Assembly: GCA_050633305.1 (NCBI GenBank)
Contig: JBOEGF010000005.1
Span: forward strand, 192,001-256,000
Reading direction: 5' to 3'
DNA length: 64,000 nt
Source of the DNA: Nannocystales bacterium
GTDB taxonomy: Bacteria; Myxococcota_A; Polyangia; Nannocystales; Nannocystaceae
Positions within the stretch are counted from its first letter, which is position 1. Each line of letters starts with the position of its first letter. Shown piece by piece: positions 29,525 through 39,517 of the stretch. Made by a program: the position numbers and the translations under genes. The notes below the pieces were generated by a model. That model saw nothing but the letters and a program-made list of their open reading frames with translations, did not search any database and was not told the DNA's origin.

Positions 29525-30226
29525 TCAGATCTCGCAGCCCTCGGCGTCACAGCTCTCGGCCTTTGCCGCGACGGTCTGCGCTGGGGCGTCCGCTGCCGCC
29601 TTCTTCAACGCGGACAGCAGAACCTCGGGGGGCTGAGCGCCCTGAACCCCGATACGGCCGTCGATGACGAAGAAGGGAACTCCGGTGACGCCGAGTTTGC
29701 CCGCGGTGGCCTCGTCGCCGCGCGCTTCTTGGGCGAAATCGTCGCTGCTGAGAACCGACTGGGCCCGCTCGGCATCCAGGCCCACGTCTTCGGCGAGTTG
29801 AACCAGGGTCTCGTGATCGGCCACGGACTTGCCCTCGTGCATGTAGGCTTCAAACAGCCGTTCCTTGAGTGCGGTTTGTTTCCCCGAATCGGCAGCCCAC
29901 GCGAGCAGACGATGAGCGTCGAATGTGTTGCCGGGTCGAGCGCGGTCGAACCGGAAGTCGAGGCCTCGCTGGCGTCCGACCTCGGTCATGCGGTCGATCA
30001 TTTGTTGTGCACCGTCCCGCGACGTTCTGTACTTGTTCGCAAGCCGGTCGACGTAGTCGATGGAGTCGTCGAGCTCCTTCGGTGCACTCGAGTCGAGCTC
30101 GAACGCGCGCCAGCGGATCTCAATCGGTCGGTCGAACGAGGCGGCGGCTTCCTCGACGTGGCGCTTTCCGACCCAGCACCACGGACACGCCACATCGGAC
30201 CAGATCTCGACCTTGACGGGGTTCAC
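29525..30226 (-). CDS. DsbA family (FrnE-like) oxidoreductase
   Basis: WSDVACPWCWVG, NTFDAHRLL, GVTGVPFF, GAQP, C-terminal CDAEGC. Confidence 0.93.
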   Translation of the reverse strand: MNPVKVEIWSDVACPWCWVGKRHVEEAAASFDRPIEIRWRAFELDSSAPKELDDSIDYVDRLANKYRTSRDGAQQMIDRMTEVGRQRGLDFRFDRARPGNTFDAHRLLAWAADSGKQTALKERLFEAYMHEGKSVADHETLVQLAEDVGLDAERAQSVLSSDDFAQEARGDEATAGKLGVTGVPFFVIDGRIGVQGAQPPEVLLSALKKAAADAPAQTVAAKAESCDAEGCEI

Positions 30227-30556
30227 GGGCCGAAGCGTAGCGATTCGCGGGGGGGTCGCAAGAGGCGGCCGGACCGCCCCGGCGGCCACGAACCCCGCGT
30301 CGGTTGAATCATCTCTGCACACCCACGCATCTGCGAAAGACGACCGGATGTTCCGCGGTCTCCGGCTTCCCGGATCGGATGACGCCGCCAATGGGTCGGC
30401 ACGGTCGTCGGCCTTTCCTCGGCGCGTGAAACCGCTCCGCCTCCTCCAGATCAGAGACTCGGGAACCTTTGGCTCCCAATTCCGCCCTTCCTACATGGGA
30501 ATACCTGTAGCGCCGGTCGCTGGTGGCCGCCTACACTTGAAGTGGGGATGCACACG

Positions 30557-31819
30557 ATGGATCGGAACGCCGTTTTTCTGGTTGGGCTCATGGTGCTCGG
30601 TGGCTGCGGACAGGATGAGGCTGGCCGTCAGGGTTGGGATGGGCCCGGCGAAGGCACCGAGGGGAGTTCGTTCGATCCTGTAGAGGACGACGGGATGGAC
30701 AACGACGCCGACGGTGCCGGGACGGGTGGGACCGACGGGTCGGACAGCGACCCGACTGTCGGAGAGCCGACGGATGGCGACCCGACCGACGGGGATCCGA
30801 CGGATGGCGACCCCACTGGCGACACCGACGGGGAAGATCCCGTCGACTGCACGCCCGGGTGGGAGACGCCCTGGATCGGCTCCCCATGTGGCGGCGATGG
30901 CGATTGTTCGTTTACCGGCGGGACCTGCTTGCTTCCCGACGATGGCTTCCCATGCGGGACGTGCTCCCTCGACTGCGCGACGTCATGCCCCGACGAAGAC
31001 GGCGCTGCGGTGACCTACTGCGTCAACGGCGTAGATGTTGGACTCGACGAGTCGGGCTACTGCTTGTCGCGCTGCGACTCCACGTTGTTCCCCGGCTCGG
31101 CGTGCCGCGACGGGTACGTATGCGAGGTCCTCACGCGCTTCGACGAGACTGGGAGCCAAGGCGTCTGCATTCCGGAGCAGTTCGACGCGATGGACCCGGG
31201 CGATGGCCTCTACGACGAGATCGACCACGAATACCTGATTCAGATGCTCGGCGGGGACCCGGTCAACGCGTTCGACTACGGGCCCGATCTCGATAGCTTT
31301 CAGATGTACCTCGACGCGGTGGGGGTGCAGTACTTCACGGCCGAGGAGATCAGCACGCCACACAACCAAGCTGCGGCCACCGGGTGTGGCTACACGATCC
31401 TGTTGCCCGAGCGAGACCAGTGGGAACGGGCGGCTGCGCTGGCGCTGTTCACCGACGAGCTTCGGGGCTTGGTCGGAGAGCCGATCTACATGCGCAACTG
31501 GTGGCGTCCTCCCTGCTACAACGCCGCCGTGGGCGGGGCCGCAGGCGGAGACCACCCGGACGCGGACGCGGTTGATCTCGACTTCTCGTCGGCGACCTCC
31601 CGGGCGATCGCGCAGAAGTTTCTGTGCGAGGAGTACTGGAGCGCACCGATCATCACGCCCGATCAGATCGCGCCCGGTGCCGTCATCGATCCAATGCTCA
31701 ACATGTCCGTGGGCCTTGGGGGCCTGACCATCCACCTCGGTGTGTTGTCCAACGGTGGCCGCCGAAACTGGTTCTACGGCAGCTATACGGACGAGCCGGA
31801 CTCGGGAAACTGCTGGTAG
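30557..31819 (+). CDS. Lipoprotein with Cys-rich region and C-terminal peptidase M15-like (Zn D-Ala-D-Ala) domain
   Basis: Lipobox LGGC; WWRPPCYNAAVGGAAGGDHPDADAVDLD...IHLG fits the M15A R..N..VGGA...H....A.D...H pattern. Confidence 0.75.
   Translation: MDRNAVFLVGLMVLGGCGQDEAGRQGWDGPGEGTEGSSFDPVEDDGMDNDADGAGTGGTDGSDSDPTVGEPTDGDPTDGDPTDGDPTGDTDGEDPVDCTPGWETPWIGSPCGGDGDCSFTGGTCLLPDDGFPCGTCSLDCATSCPDEDGAAVTYCVNGVDVGLDESGYCLSRCDSTLFPGSACRDGYVCEVLTRFDETGSQGVCIPEQFDAMDPGDGLYDEIDHEYLIQMLGGDPVNAFDYGPDLDSFQMYLDAVGVQYFTAEEISTPHNQAAATGCGYTILLPERDQWERAAALALFTDELRGLVGEPIYMRNWWRPPCYNAAVGGAAGGDHPDADAVDLDFSSATSRAIAQKFLCEEYWSAPIITPDQIAPGAVIDPMLNMSVGLGGLTIHLGVLSNGGRRNWFYGSYTDEPDSGNCW
30767..30817. repeat. 15-bp tandem repeat, 3 copies plus a partial, encoding PTDGD
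   Basis: ccgacggatggcgac / ccgaccgacggggat / ccgacggatggcgac. Confidence 0.85.
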
Positions 31820-31840
31820 GTTTTCTGGTAGCTTCCGGCG

Positions 31841-32482
31841 ATGGGGTTCCTGTCCCGGAAGACCGAAGGCGAAAGCAGTCGCGCGACTCCCAGCGCTCGT
31901 CCAGCACTCGAGCCCGCCATGGGCCTCGAGGAGCAGTCGCAGCTGTGCGCGATCTATGCGACGCGTCGACCGAAGACTGCGGTCGAGTTCGGCTCCGGTG
32001 GTAGCACGCTGTTGATCCCCGGCGCGTTTGACTTCATCGAGACGTACATCTCGGTCGAGCACAACGAGATGTGGCACAAACAGGTGCAGGAGCACTCCAA
32101 GGATGCTCGTGTGAAGCATCTCTTCGAGCCTCCCGCCGCCCACGCTCCCGAGCCCGCGATGTTCGAGGACGGAAAGGGCAAGACCTTGCCGGAGTACGTC
32201 GCGTGGAGTGAGCGCTGCGAGCGCGAGCCCGACATCATGGCGTCGTACGTGGCGGCTCCGTACGCGTTGGTGGAGCACCCGGACCTCATCCTCGTCGACG
32301 GCCGAGCTCGGCGGTATTGCATCGAGACCGCCTGGGCCGCACTCGAGCCGGGCGGCGTGCTCGTCGTGCACGATTCGCAGCGCGAGCAGTACATCAAGGT
32401 CATCGACGACGTCTGCGGCGATCGAGCGCATTGGCTCGTGCCATTCACCCGCGGTCAGGTGTGCGTCGCCGCCAAGGGCTAA
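31841..32482 (+). CDS. Class I SAM-dependent methyltransferase-like protein
   Basis: VEFGSGGST, ISVEH, DLILVDGR, LEPGGVLVVHD. Confidence 0.85.
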   Translation: MGFLSRKTEGESSRATPSARPALEPAMGLEEQSQLCAIYATRRPKTAVEFGSGGSTLLIPGAFDFIETYISVEHNEMWHKQVQEHSKDARVKHLFEPPAAHAPEPAMFEDGKGKTLPEYVAWSERCEREPDIMASYVAAPYALVEHPDLILVDGRARRYCIETAWAALEPGGVLVVHDSQREQYIKVIDDVCGDRAHWLVPFTRGQVCVAAKG

Positions 32483-32508
32483 ATCATCGCGACGGTCACC
32501 GGCCAGCC

Positions 32509-33918
32509 CTACGGTGACTGAAGGTCGATGGATACGCTGAGTTGGCCCGCTTCGACCCCGGCCCACAGCGTTGCGGTGTGGTTGGCGTACGGACGTAGCC
32601 AGGGAGCCCATGCCGTTGGCAGATGTTCTACGACGTCGCCGATGCGACCAATCCGTGCGGTCACGGTGCTGACGTGCGCGCCGGTCGTTGGAGCGTCCAA
32701 CAACCAGGCGAACCGTTCGGGGCTGGAGGCGAGCGCGACCCACCCCATGGTCGGCTGCGGCCCATCGTCGAGAGAAAGCACAATGCCCCCGCCTGGGAAC
32801 GGCGCCCATGTGACCTCCGTCCGGCCAGCCTTGGTCGGCGCAGGCGCGAGCCCGACGTAGGGCAGCACACTTGCAGTGAAGTTGACCCACGAGGTCGGAA
32901 CGCGGACGAAGGCAATGAAGACCCCGCCTTCGTCGAGCCGAGCGCCGGCGAACTCGACCTCGGCGAGTCCATCGAGTGCCGCGTCGATGAAGCCCCGAGA
33001 GACCTCCGGGGAGCGCGCCCGCAGCGTCGCGATCGAGGCGGCGAGCTCCTGCGGCCATGTGCCGCTCCAGGTGGACACCGCCAAGCGTGCGGCTCCCTCG
33101 GGCCGCCGGACAGGGCCGAGCGACTGAAGCCACCGGTGGACATCGGGCCAAGGGCCCGTGCGTGCGCAGGCCACCGCTCCTGAGCAAAGTGCGTCCCATG
33201 AAGGGGCGGCGGAATCGCTGGGGGCGCTGTGCCACGCCGTCCGTGGGGTCCAGCGTAGCCGCGCTCGAACACGCTCCGCGTCCTGGATGACCTCGAGCGA
33301 GGCTCGGTCGAAGGCCGGGACGTGCTCCTGTTCGAGGCCCGGGTCCTGGTCGAGGGTCGGCGCGAGGATGACGATGTCGCCGAACAGGGGCGGGGCGGGC
33401 TCGGCGTTGGGGATGGTGTCCGATGCTTCGAGGACGGCCTGAGAACTCGGCTCTCCCTGGGTGATGAAGTCGATGGTCCGTGCCCGGTCGTCCGCATGGA
33501 CGTAGGCCTTGCCCCACTCGAGTTGCACGCACGCGAGTGAACCGACGGAGGGGCAGCTTGGCTGAAGCTGGTCGGTGTTGGGCCACGATGCGCCCGAACG
33601 AAGGAGCCCGTGCACGCGGTGGTGCAGCGCCGCGCCGATGGGGCGCATGAGCGTCGCGGTCAGCGTGGAGCCGGGCTCGAGAGCTTCCAGCCACAAACTG
33701 TCAGGGAGCAGCTGCTGGAGCACCGCGACTTTCGCGCTCACACGCACTCCGCCGTCGAGATGCCCAGGGCCTGGCCCGGGGCGCTGGTCGGTCCAGGGGT
33801 CGCGTTCGGGCTCGAGTTCCGCGGGGAGCGTGACCGGCTGTGAGCCGTCTTCTGGTAGGTGCTTGGGCTTGCCGCACGCTGCAAGCACCAACGCAAGCAG
33901 CATGCAGGAGCGGAGCAC
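32509..33918 (-). CDS. Hypothetical lipoprotein
   Basis: 469-aa ORF with lipobox LAAC; start could be the ATG at 33903. Confidence 0.7.
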   Translation of the reverse strand: MLRSCMLLALVLAACGKPKHLPEDGSQPVTLPAELEPERDPWTDQRPGPGPGHLDGGVRVSAKVAVLQQLLPDSLWLEALEPGSTLTATLMRPIGAALHHRVHGLLRSGASWPNTDQLQPSCPSVGSLACVQLEWGKAYVHADDRARTIDFITQGEPSSQAVLEASDTIPNAEPAPPLFGDIVILAPTLDQDPGLEQEHVPAFDRASLEVIQDAERVRARLRWTPRTAWHSAPSDSAAPSWDALCSGAVACARTGPWPDVHRWLQSLGPVRRPEGAARLAVSTWSGTWPQELAASIATLRARSPEVSRGFIDAALDGLAEVEFAGARLDEGGVFIAFVRVPTSWVNFTASVLPYVGLAPAPTKAGRTEVTWAPFPGGGIVLSLDDGPQPTMGWVALASSPERFAWLLDAPTTGAHVSTVTARIGRIGDVVEHLPTAWAPWLRPYANHTATLWAGVEAGQLSVSIDLQSP

Positions 33919-33930
33919 ACGCTCGGAATA

Positions 33931-34173
33931 TCACGCGTCGAACGGCGAGCGAATCGTGGGGCGAACTGGCCCCCGCACGTTGCGGTAGCGAGGGGAGAAC
34001 GGAGAGAGCAGCTCGGGGTTTGCGGACCGGAAGTGGCCCGGAGGGATCCGTGGTTTGGCGCGGGGAGGCGCGAACGGATCTGCGAGCTCGGAGGTCGCGG
34101 TTGGGGCGGCTGGGGCGGGCGCGGGTGCCGTCGGCGCGACGCACAGCAAGTTCCAGACGAGTAGGGCGACCAT
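33931..34173 (-). CDS. Small Pro/Ala-rich exported protein
   Basis: CAGGAC RBS-like sequence, hydrophobic N-terminus, three L/I-x-x-PF motifs (LADPF, LLSPF, IRSPF); 12 bp from the next gene. Confidence 0.55.
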   Translation of the reverse strand: MVALLVWNLLCVAPTAPAPAPAAPTATSELADPFAPPRAKPRIPPGHFRSANPELLSPFSPRYRNVRGPVRPTIRSPFDA

Positions 34174-34311
34174 GTCCTGTAGTTGTGCACGCTCGGTGCC
34201 AACCCCGGGGGCGCGGTTCCCAAGCCATGCCTGGGCAAGCGTTCGTACCGTTCGTTGCGGAGTGCAACGTCGTCCCGGACTGGGCGTTGCACTCCGCGGT
34301 ACTCTCTGTCG

Positions 34312-34821
34312 GTGCGGACCCCCGCAGCCTTTGCGGTCGCTTTTGCAATCGCTCTGACATCGTCACCGGCGGTTGCCGCGAAACCGACGCGCATCGAGCC
34401 CAAGCCGCTGAAGGGCAAGGAGCGCCGAAAAGCTCGTCGGGAGCGCGACGAATCCCAGGGCGGCACCGAGAACGGCACGTTCGAGTTTGTTCTGGGGTCC
34501 GTTGCCGCGGTGATCACGGGAGCGGTGATCGGTCGTGGGGCGTGGGAGCTGACCCAGATCGACGAGCTGCGGACACATTGCGCGAACGGAGGGGCCGATC
34601 TCGATTGTGGAACTGGAAACGTCGGTCGCGGAAACCGAATCGCGGCGGGTCTTTCGTTCGGGTTCGCCGTGCCCATGGCTGTCGCGACAGGGTTCCTGTT
34701 TGCCCGCGGGGCTCGGACGCGGCGGGACTACAAGGCTTGGCACGTGCAACACCCCGAGGTGAGTCTGCGACCCTCCGTGTCCCAACGCGGCGGCGGGCTG
34801 GCGCTCCAACTGCGCTTCTGA
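34312..34821 (+). CDS. Hypothetical membrane/exported protein
   Basis: Signal peptide, two hydrophobic segments around a Cys pair, terminal GLALQLRF. Confidence 0.65.
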   Translation: MRTPAAFAVAFAIALTSSPAVAAKPTRIEPKPLKGKERRKARRERDESQGGTENGTFEFVLGSVAAVITGAVIGRGAWELTQIDELRTHCANGGADLDCGTGNVGRGNRIAAGLSFGFAVPMAVATGFLFARGARTRRDYKAWHVQHPEVSLRPSVSQRGGGLALQLRF

Positions 34822-34834
34822 CATCTTCAGCTTC

Positions 34835-35839
34835 ATGACGGACCTTCCGCCCCGTCTCGTGTCGGGCGTCCAGCCCAGTGGCGAGCTACACATCGGCAAC
34901 TACTTCGGTGCCATCGCACAGTTCGTGAAACTCCAAGAGGAGTACGCGGGCAACTGCTTTGTCTTCATCGCCGACTATCACGCGCTCACCACGGTGCGTG
35001 ATGCCGAGAAGCTCCGCTCCTCGGTGTTCGACGTCGCGGCCACCTACCTTGCGCTCGGGCTCGACCCCGACAAAGTCACCCTGTTCCGCCAGTCGGATGT
35101 GGTGGAGCATGTCGAGCTGGCTTGGATGCTGGGGACCGTGACCGGCATGGGCCTGTTGGAGCGGGCGACCTCCTACAAGGACAAGATCGCCAAGGGCATT
35201 CGCTCATCGGTGGGACTCTTCTACTACCCCGTCCTCATGGCGGCCGACATCCTCCTGTACGACGCATCCGTCGTCCCCGTGGGCAAGGACCAGGTTCAGC
35301 ACGTCGAGATGACGCAGGCGATGGCCACGCACTTCAACGAGGCGTTCGGCACCGCTGAGCCCGTGCTTCGTCGCCCCGAGTACCGCTTGTCCCCCGTCTC
35401 GAAGGTGCCTGGCATCGATGGCGAGAAGATGAGCAAGAGTTACGACAACACCATCCCGATCTTCATGACCGGGAAGAAGCTCAAGAAGAGGGTCGCTGGT
35501 GTTGTCACCGACTCCAAAGCGCTTGGCGATCCGCTGGACCCCGACACGTGCAATGTCTTCGCGCTGCTGAAGATGTTCGTACACGGTGAAGAGCGCGAGG
35601 AACTCGCGGGCTGGTACCGGGCGGGTGCCCGCGACGGTGCGCCGTTTGGCTACGGCCACGCGAAACAGCTGCTGGCTGCGAAGATCGACGAGCACTTCGC
35701 CGACGCACGAGCGAAATACGAGGCGTTCCAGGCCGATCCTTCGCAGGTCGAGGCTGTTTTGGAAGCGGGCGCCAAGCGAGCCAAGGCCGTGGCCGGGGCG
35801 ACCATGGACCGGGTACGGCGGGCCACCGGTCTTCGGTAA
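34835..35839 (+). CDS. trpS: Tryptophan--tRNA ligase
   Basis: SGVQPSG.LHIGNY.GA, ADYHALT, YPVLMAADILLY, VPVGKDQ.QH.E, KMSKS. Confidence 0.97.
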   Translation: MTDLPPRLVSGVQPSGELHIGNYFGAIAQFVKLQEEYAGNCFVFIADYHALTTVRDAEKLRSSVFDVAATYLALGLDPDKVTLFRQSDVVEHVELAWMLGTVTGMGLLERATSYKDKIAKGIRSSVGLFYYPVLMAADILLYDASVVPVGKDQVQHVEMTQAMATHFNEAFGTAEPVLRRPEYRLSPVSKVPGIDGEKMSKSYDNTIPIFMTGKKLKKRVAGVVTDSKALGDPLDPDTCNVFALLKMFVHGEEREELAGWYRAGARDGAPFGYGHAKQLLAAKIDEHFADARAKYEAFQADPSQVEAVLEAGAKRAKAVAGATMDRVRRATGLR

Positions 35840-35876
35840 CTCACCACGGGTCCTCCCGGTCGCGCCGGTTGGACGG

Positions 35877-36863
35877 CTACCGCACGCGGCCGGGCCACCG
35901 GTCGTACTTGCGCCCGATCTGTGAGGCTGTTCCCGGGAAGCAGGCCATCTGGCTTGCTTCACCCGCCACCGTGGACACCGTGCATTGCTTGTAGAACTGG
36001 GCGCGCGGCATATCGCACTCTGGGGGCTTGGTGCCCGGGATAGCCTTGCCAAAGATCTGCTCGTACGTCGAACACGCGAGTTTGGCCGGTGGCCCACCGA
36101 CGTCGCAGACATTCATCCCGAGGTTGCACGCCAGATCGAGGCTGGTTCGGATGCCCGCGCAGAAATCCTGAGACCTCTGGAACGTACTGCTCATCTCGGC
36201 GTCCGTGCATTCGCTGTTTCCCCGTCCGCGAGCGACGATGCAGCTGTCACCGTGAGGCCCGGGAATGGTGCCCGGCGGACAGTCGGGCTTCGTCTCTTTG
36301 TTCTTCTCTTTCTTCTTTGGCGGTGGCGGTGGCGGTGGCGGCTTGGAACAGCTGCCACCCTTGGGTGGGGGCGTCTTGGACCGATCCACGCGAACGGGGT
36401 CGGCATTCCACGCTGCTTCCAGCGCGTTGGCGAGAGCGATGCGATTGGCCGCCCCACCCAGCGACTTCTTGTAGACGAGCATCGGCGGGCTCTCCCATTC
36501 AAGCATCTTCGCTTTCGAGGTGCCGAGCATCGTCCACCACGTTGAGCCGTGACGCTGGGCGAGCAAGGCGGGCTTTCCCCGGTTCTGCTGATAGATGCCC
36601 TCGAGGCGTCCCGTCTTGACGGCCGTGAAGATCGCCAGCCCTGTTCTCCGACTTGAGCCGCTGCGTCGTGTCAGGATCGTCAGGGCATACTGCGCGTCGA
36701 CGTCGATGCGGTGATCGATGAAGTCACAGACGGTGTACGTGGGTACGTTCACGACGCCGGCCTTCGCCGTGTTTGTCTGGGTTGCAAAGCTGCTCGCCGC
36801 GAGCACACTTGCCACGGCTGCTACCAGCCACGTGCCTCTGGGTCGGTTGGTTGTTCGTCTCAT
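35877..36863 (-). CDS. Secreted protein with poly-Pro/Lys linker and Cys-rich C-terminal domain
   Basis: ATG at 36863 with AAGGA RBS, signal peptide, P8-KKKEKNK linker, 10 Cys after the linker. Confidence 0.72.
   Translation of the reverse strand: MRRTTNRPRGTWLVAAVASVLAASSFATQTNTAKAGVVNVPTYTVCDFIDHRIDVDAQYALTILTRRSGSSRRTGLAIFTAVKTGRLEGIYQQNRGKPALLAQRHGSTWWTMLGTSKAKMLEWESPPMLVYKKSLGGAANRIALANALEAAWNADPVRVDRSKTPPPKGGSCSKPPPPPPPPKKKEKNKETKPDCPPGTIPGPHGDSCIVARGRGNSECTDAEMSSTFQRSQDFCAGIRTSLDLACNLGMNVCDVGGPPAKLACSTYEQIFGKAIPGTKPPECDMPRAQFYKQCTVSTVAGEASQMACFPGTASQIGRKYDRWPGRVR
36318..36341. repeat. (TGGCGG)x4 microsatellite encoding poly-Pro
   Basis: Read directly from the sequence. Confidence 0.85.
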
Positions 36864-37274
36864 CGTGTGTCCTTCGGGTACACAGATGGACGCCGAACTC
36901 TGGAGATGTGACGCTCGGGCACCAAGTTGGGGGGGCGAAGGCGCTCGGTGGGCTGAGGGCGCACCTGGACCATGCACCGAGGCCTGAGTTGCCCGAACAG
37001 GCCGAGAAGCCTTGGGTCTCCAGGATGCAACGACCTGCTCAGGTCGACCACGGCAGCCAGTCCGAGCGGTCCCGAATGGGGACTGAGCCCGGACCACTGC
37101 CTGGGAGCGGGACTTTTCCATGACAAGGCAGTCTCGGCGGAGCACCCATCCTGTCCCATTGTCTGTCGAGGTGGAGGGTTGTTTCCCACCTCCGGAGGTC
37201 GCATAGGGGAAACGGCGACACCGCTTCGTCGCCGAGCTCGGACGCCGGCACCATTCCAAGAGCACCTCCGCATC

Positions 37275-37733
37275 GTGATCGTTTCCGAATTCATCCCCCC
37301 TGTGCTGTTCGTTCGCTGGCACGACCAATGCGAGCCCATTGATGTCGACCGTATCCGCATCGCGACGGAAGCTGCTTACCGGGAGATGGGGGGGCCCGTC
37401 GTCTACGTGGCCGCGATCCCCGAAGATGTCCCGCCACCCGACGCCGAGACCCGCGCAGCGCTTCACGCCGGAACCGAACACGGGCGAACTCGCTTCGCGA
37501 CCATGCACCTCGTCCTCGAAGGCGATGGACTCAAGCGTACAGTGATCCGAAGCCTCACCGCCGGGATGATGCTCGCCACCGGGGGAGCCTTCTCGATCCA
37601 CACCCATGTGGTCGATGCTCTCGTGGCTGCGAGAAAGAAGGTCCCCTTCGATTTCGAGGACATCTTTCTTCGGGGACGGGACGCCGGCATGTTCGGGGAC
37701 GAACACGGCTCGTCATCCGTCTCATCGAAGTGA
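37275..37733 (+). CDS. Hypothetical protein, STAS/SEC14-like small domain
   Basis: VLFVRW...PPPDAETRA...VLEGDG....IRS pattern; start uncertain. Confidence 0.6.
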   Translation: MIVSEFIPPVLFVRWHDQCEPIDVDRIRIATEAAYREMGGPVVYVAAIPEDVPPPDAETRAALHAGTEHGRTRFATMHLVLEGDGLKRTVIRSLTAGMMLATGGAFSIHTHVVDALVAARKKVPFDFEDIFLRGRDAGMFGDEHGSSSVSSK

Positions 37734-37750
37734 CCTCGTCCGCGAGCTTC

Positions 37751-38128
37751 CTACTGGGCCTGCTCGTCGGAAGTACGGGCGCCGGTGTCTTCGTCCGTGC
37801 GGAGGGCTGACGCACCTTGCTTGGTGAACACCAAGGTGAGGGCCATGACGGCGAAGCATCCCCAGACCAGGCTGTTCTGTCCCCGGGAGAGCGCGACATA
37901 GACGAGCGGTAGGTACGAGGTACCCAGGAGCATGGCGCCTAGAACGGGACGGTCGCTCACGAAGCACCCCGCGGCGGCGACGTGCACGGCGCCCATACCG
38001 CGAATGGCCACGTACGGAAGGTCGAGTTCCTCGGCACCAGCGCGTTCGAGATCGATGCCGTAGAGCTTTGCGACGCCGCTCAGCGCCGCGAAGAGGAGGA
38101 GGAGCCATCGGAGAGTGACGACGAGCAT
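37751..38128 (-). CDS. DoxX-like small membrane protein
   Basis: Four hydrophobic segments; LRWLL..F..SG.AKL. Confidence 0.65.
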   Translation of the reverse strand: MLVVTLRWLLLLFAALSGVAKLYGIDLERAGAEELDLPYVAIRGMGAVHVAAAGCFVSDRPVLGAMLLGTSYLPLVYVALSRGQNSLVWGCFAVMALTLVFTKQGASALRTDEDTGARTSDEQAQ

Positions 38129-38181
38129 GCTTCCAGTGTTGGCGCGCGCGCTTCGGGGCGCGATTCCCAGGTTGGGAAGGG

Positions 38182-38949
38182 CTATGCGTTCGCGTGCTCG
38201 CGGAACCAACGGTCGGTTTCGTCGTCGGCGGGGTACACGAGCTCGACCCGGATCTCGGACATGGTCACGTCGAGTGCTTTGTCGAAGCGCAAGACGGTCG
38301 CCACGGTGTGCAGGGTCTGGCCGCGGGCGACCATCGTCGAGGACAAGGCCACGGACGCCGCGGGCTCAGGAGGCTCGGTGAGGTCTTCTGCGTGCGACTG
38401 GGCCCGCTGCAACAAGGAGTCCAGCGCCGGGTGAGGGTGGTGGAACTGCTCGGTGCGCAGCATGTGAATCGCGCCGAAGGTGGCTCGGGCGCGGGCATGG
38501 TCGTCGGCGGGATCCTCCCCCGCGCACCACAGGTCCACAAGCTGTTCGGGCGCGAGCTCGGTGAGGCCCGGCATCACGCGCTCGGCCGCTTGGTTGCTGG
38601 CGATGAAGCGAAGCCCCGGACCAATCGCCCACGCTGGGAAGGGTTCGTGGTTGGCCAGGACCATATCGAGGACCCGGCGAACGGGGGCCATGTGCGCGTC
38701 GTCGAGTTCCCCGACCTCGTACTCCGCCCGAAGACCCGCAGCGAGGCAGAGTTCGTTGGTCTCACGGAGAGTGAGGTTGAGGGCGCGGCCGAGCCGGAGC
38801 AGAACGTCGCGACCCGGTCGAGCACGGCCGGTCTCCAAGAAACTGACGTAGCGCGCCGTGCTGCTCGCCTCGAGGGAGAGGTCGAGTTGACTGAATCCTC
38901 GGCGACGCCGCCACGACCGAAGCAGAGCGCCGAACGGTCCGCCCCTCAT
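38182..38949 (-). CDS. XRE-family HTH regulator with MmyB-like ligand-binding domain
   Basis: LLRSWRRRRGFSQLDLS...YVSFLETGRARPGR; HEPFPA; SEIRVELVYPAD. Confidence 0.9.
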   Translation of the reverse strand: MRGGPFGALLRSWRRRRGFSQLDLSLEASSTARYVSFLETGRARPGRDVLLRLGRALNLTLRETNELCLAAGLRAEYEVGELDDAHMAPVRRVLDMVLANHEPFPAWAIGPGLRFIASNQAAERVMPGLTELAPEQLVDLWCAGEDPADDHARARATFGAIHMLRTEQFHHPHPALDSLLQRAQSHAEDLTEPPEPAASVALSSTMVARGQTLHTVATVLRFDKALDVTMSEIRVELVYPADDETDRWFREHANA

Positions 38950-39443
38950 GATGCGGCCAACCGGGTGTCGCGAGCACAGGCGCGAGGGTGCAGAGCACCG
39001 GTCTCGATGCGGTGTTTCATCTCGTCGAGCAGCCCTCGCATCATACCCCGGGTCATCCAAACCACGACCGGTTGCAGCGGCCGCAGCCACCATCGCACGA
39101 CGAGCTCCGGCTCCAGGACGACTTCGCATCGACCATGGTCGAGTGGGTGGACGGTCCATGTATTCGTCACCGTGTCGACGAACCACGGCATGCCTTCGGT
39201 GCCGCGGTAGCGAAACGTCATCGCCTCACGGTCGAAGTGGGTGAGCTCTTCGCTGACCTCACCCGCGGGAAACGGGCCAAACCGCTCGCCGCCACAGCTT
39301 CGCACCGCGCCGACCCCCAGCTCGCCACAGAGGCGGGTGTAGGTGATGCCGGAGGACCAACTCAGGTCACCAAAGCCTTCGCCCAGGACCTGCCAGGCGG
39401 CGTCGGCGGAGGTCTCAAGCTCGATCGCGTATCGCATCTTCAT
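38946..39443 (-). CDS. SRPBCC (polyketide cyclase/dehydrase-like) family protein
   Basis: ADAAWQVL..F....W, GVGAVR, EELTHFD; ATGA overlap with the regulator. Confidence 0.85.
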   Translation of the reverse strand: MKMRYAIELETSADAAWQVLGEGFGDLSWSSGITYTRLCGELGVGAVRSCGGERFGPFPAGEVSEELTHFDREAMTFRYRGTEGMPWFVDTVTNTWTVHPLDHGRCEVVLEPELVVRWWLRPLQPVVVWMTRGMMRGLLDEMKHRIETGALHPRACARDTRLAAS

Positions 39444-39517
39444 CGTGATCAGGAGCGTAGGGGCGCCGGGAGGAGTCTTCCCTTCCCAGTTTGGGAGCGA
39501 CCGCGGGGTGACCCGAC

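Noticed and set aside
30983..33694. 903-aa minus-strand ORF and other long overlapping ORFs (e.g. 4925..6703, 50594..52228, 53751..55433)
   Set aside because: Shadow frames of high-GC genes; Arg/Pro/Gly-rich or antisense to genes with clear motifs
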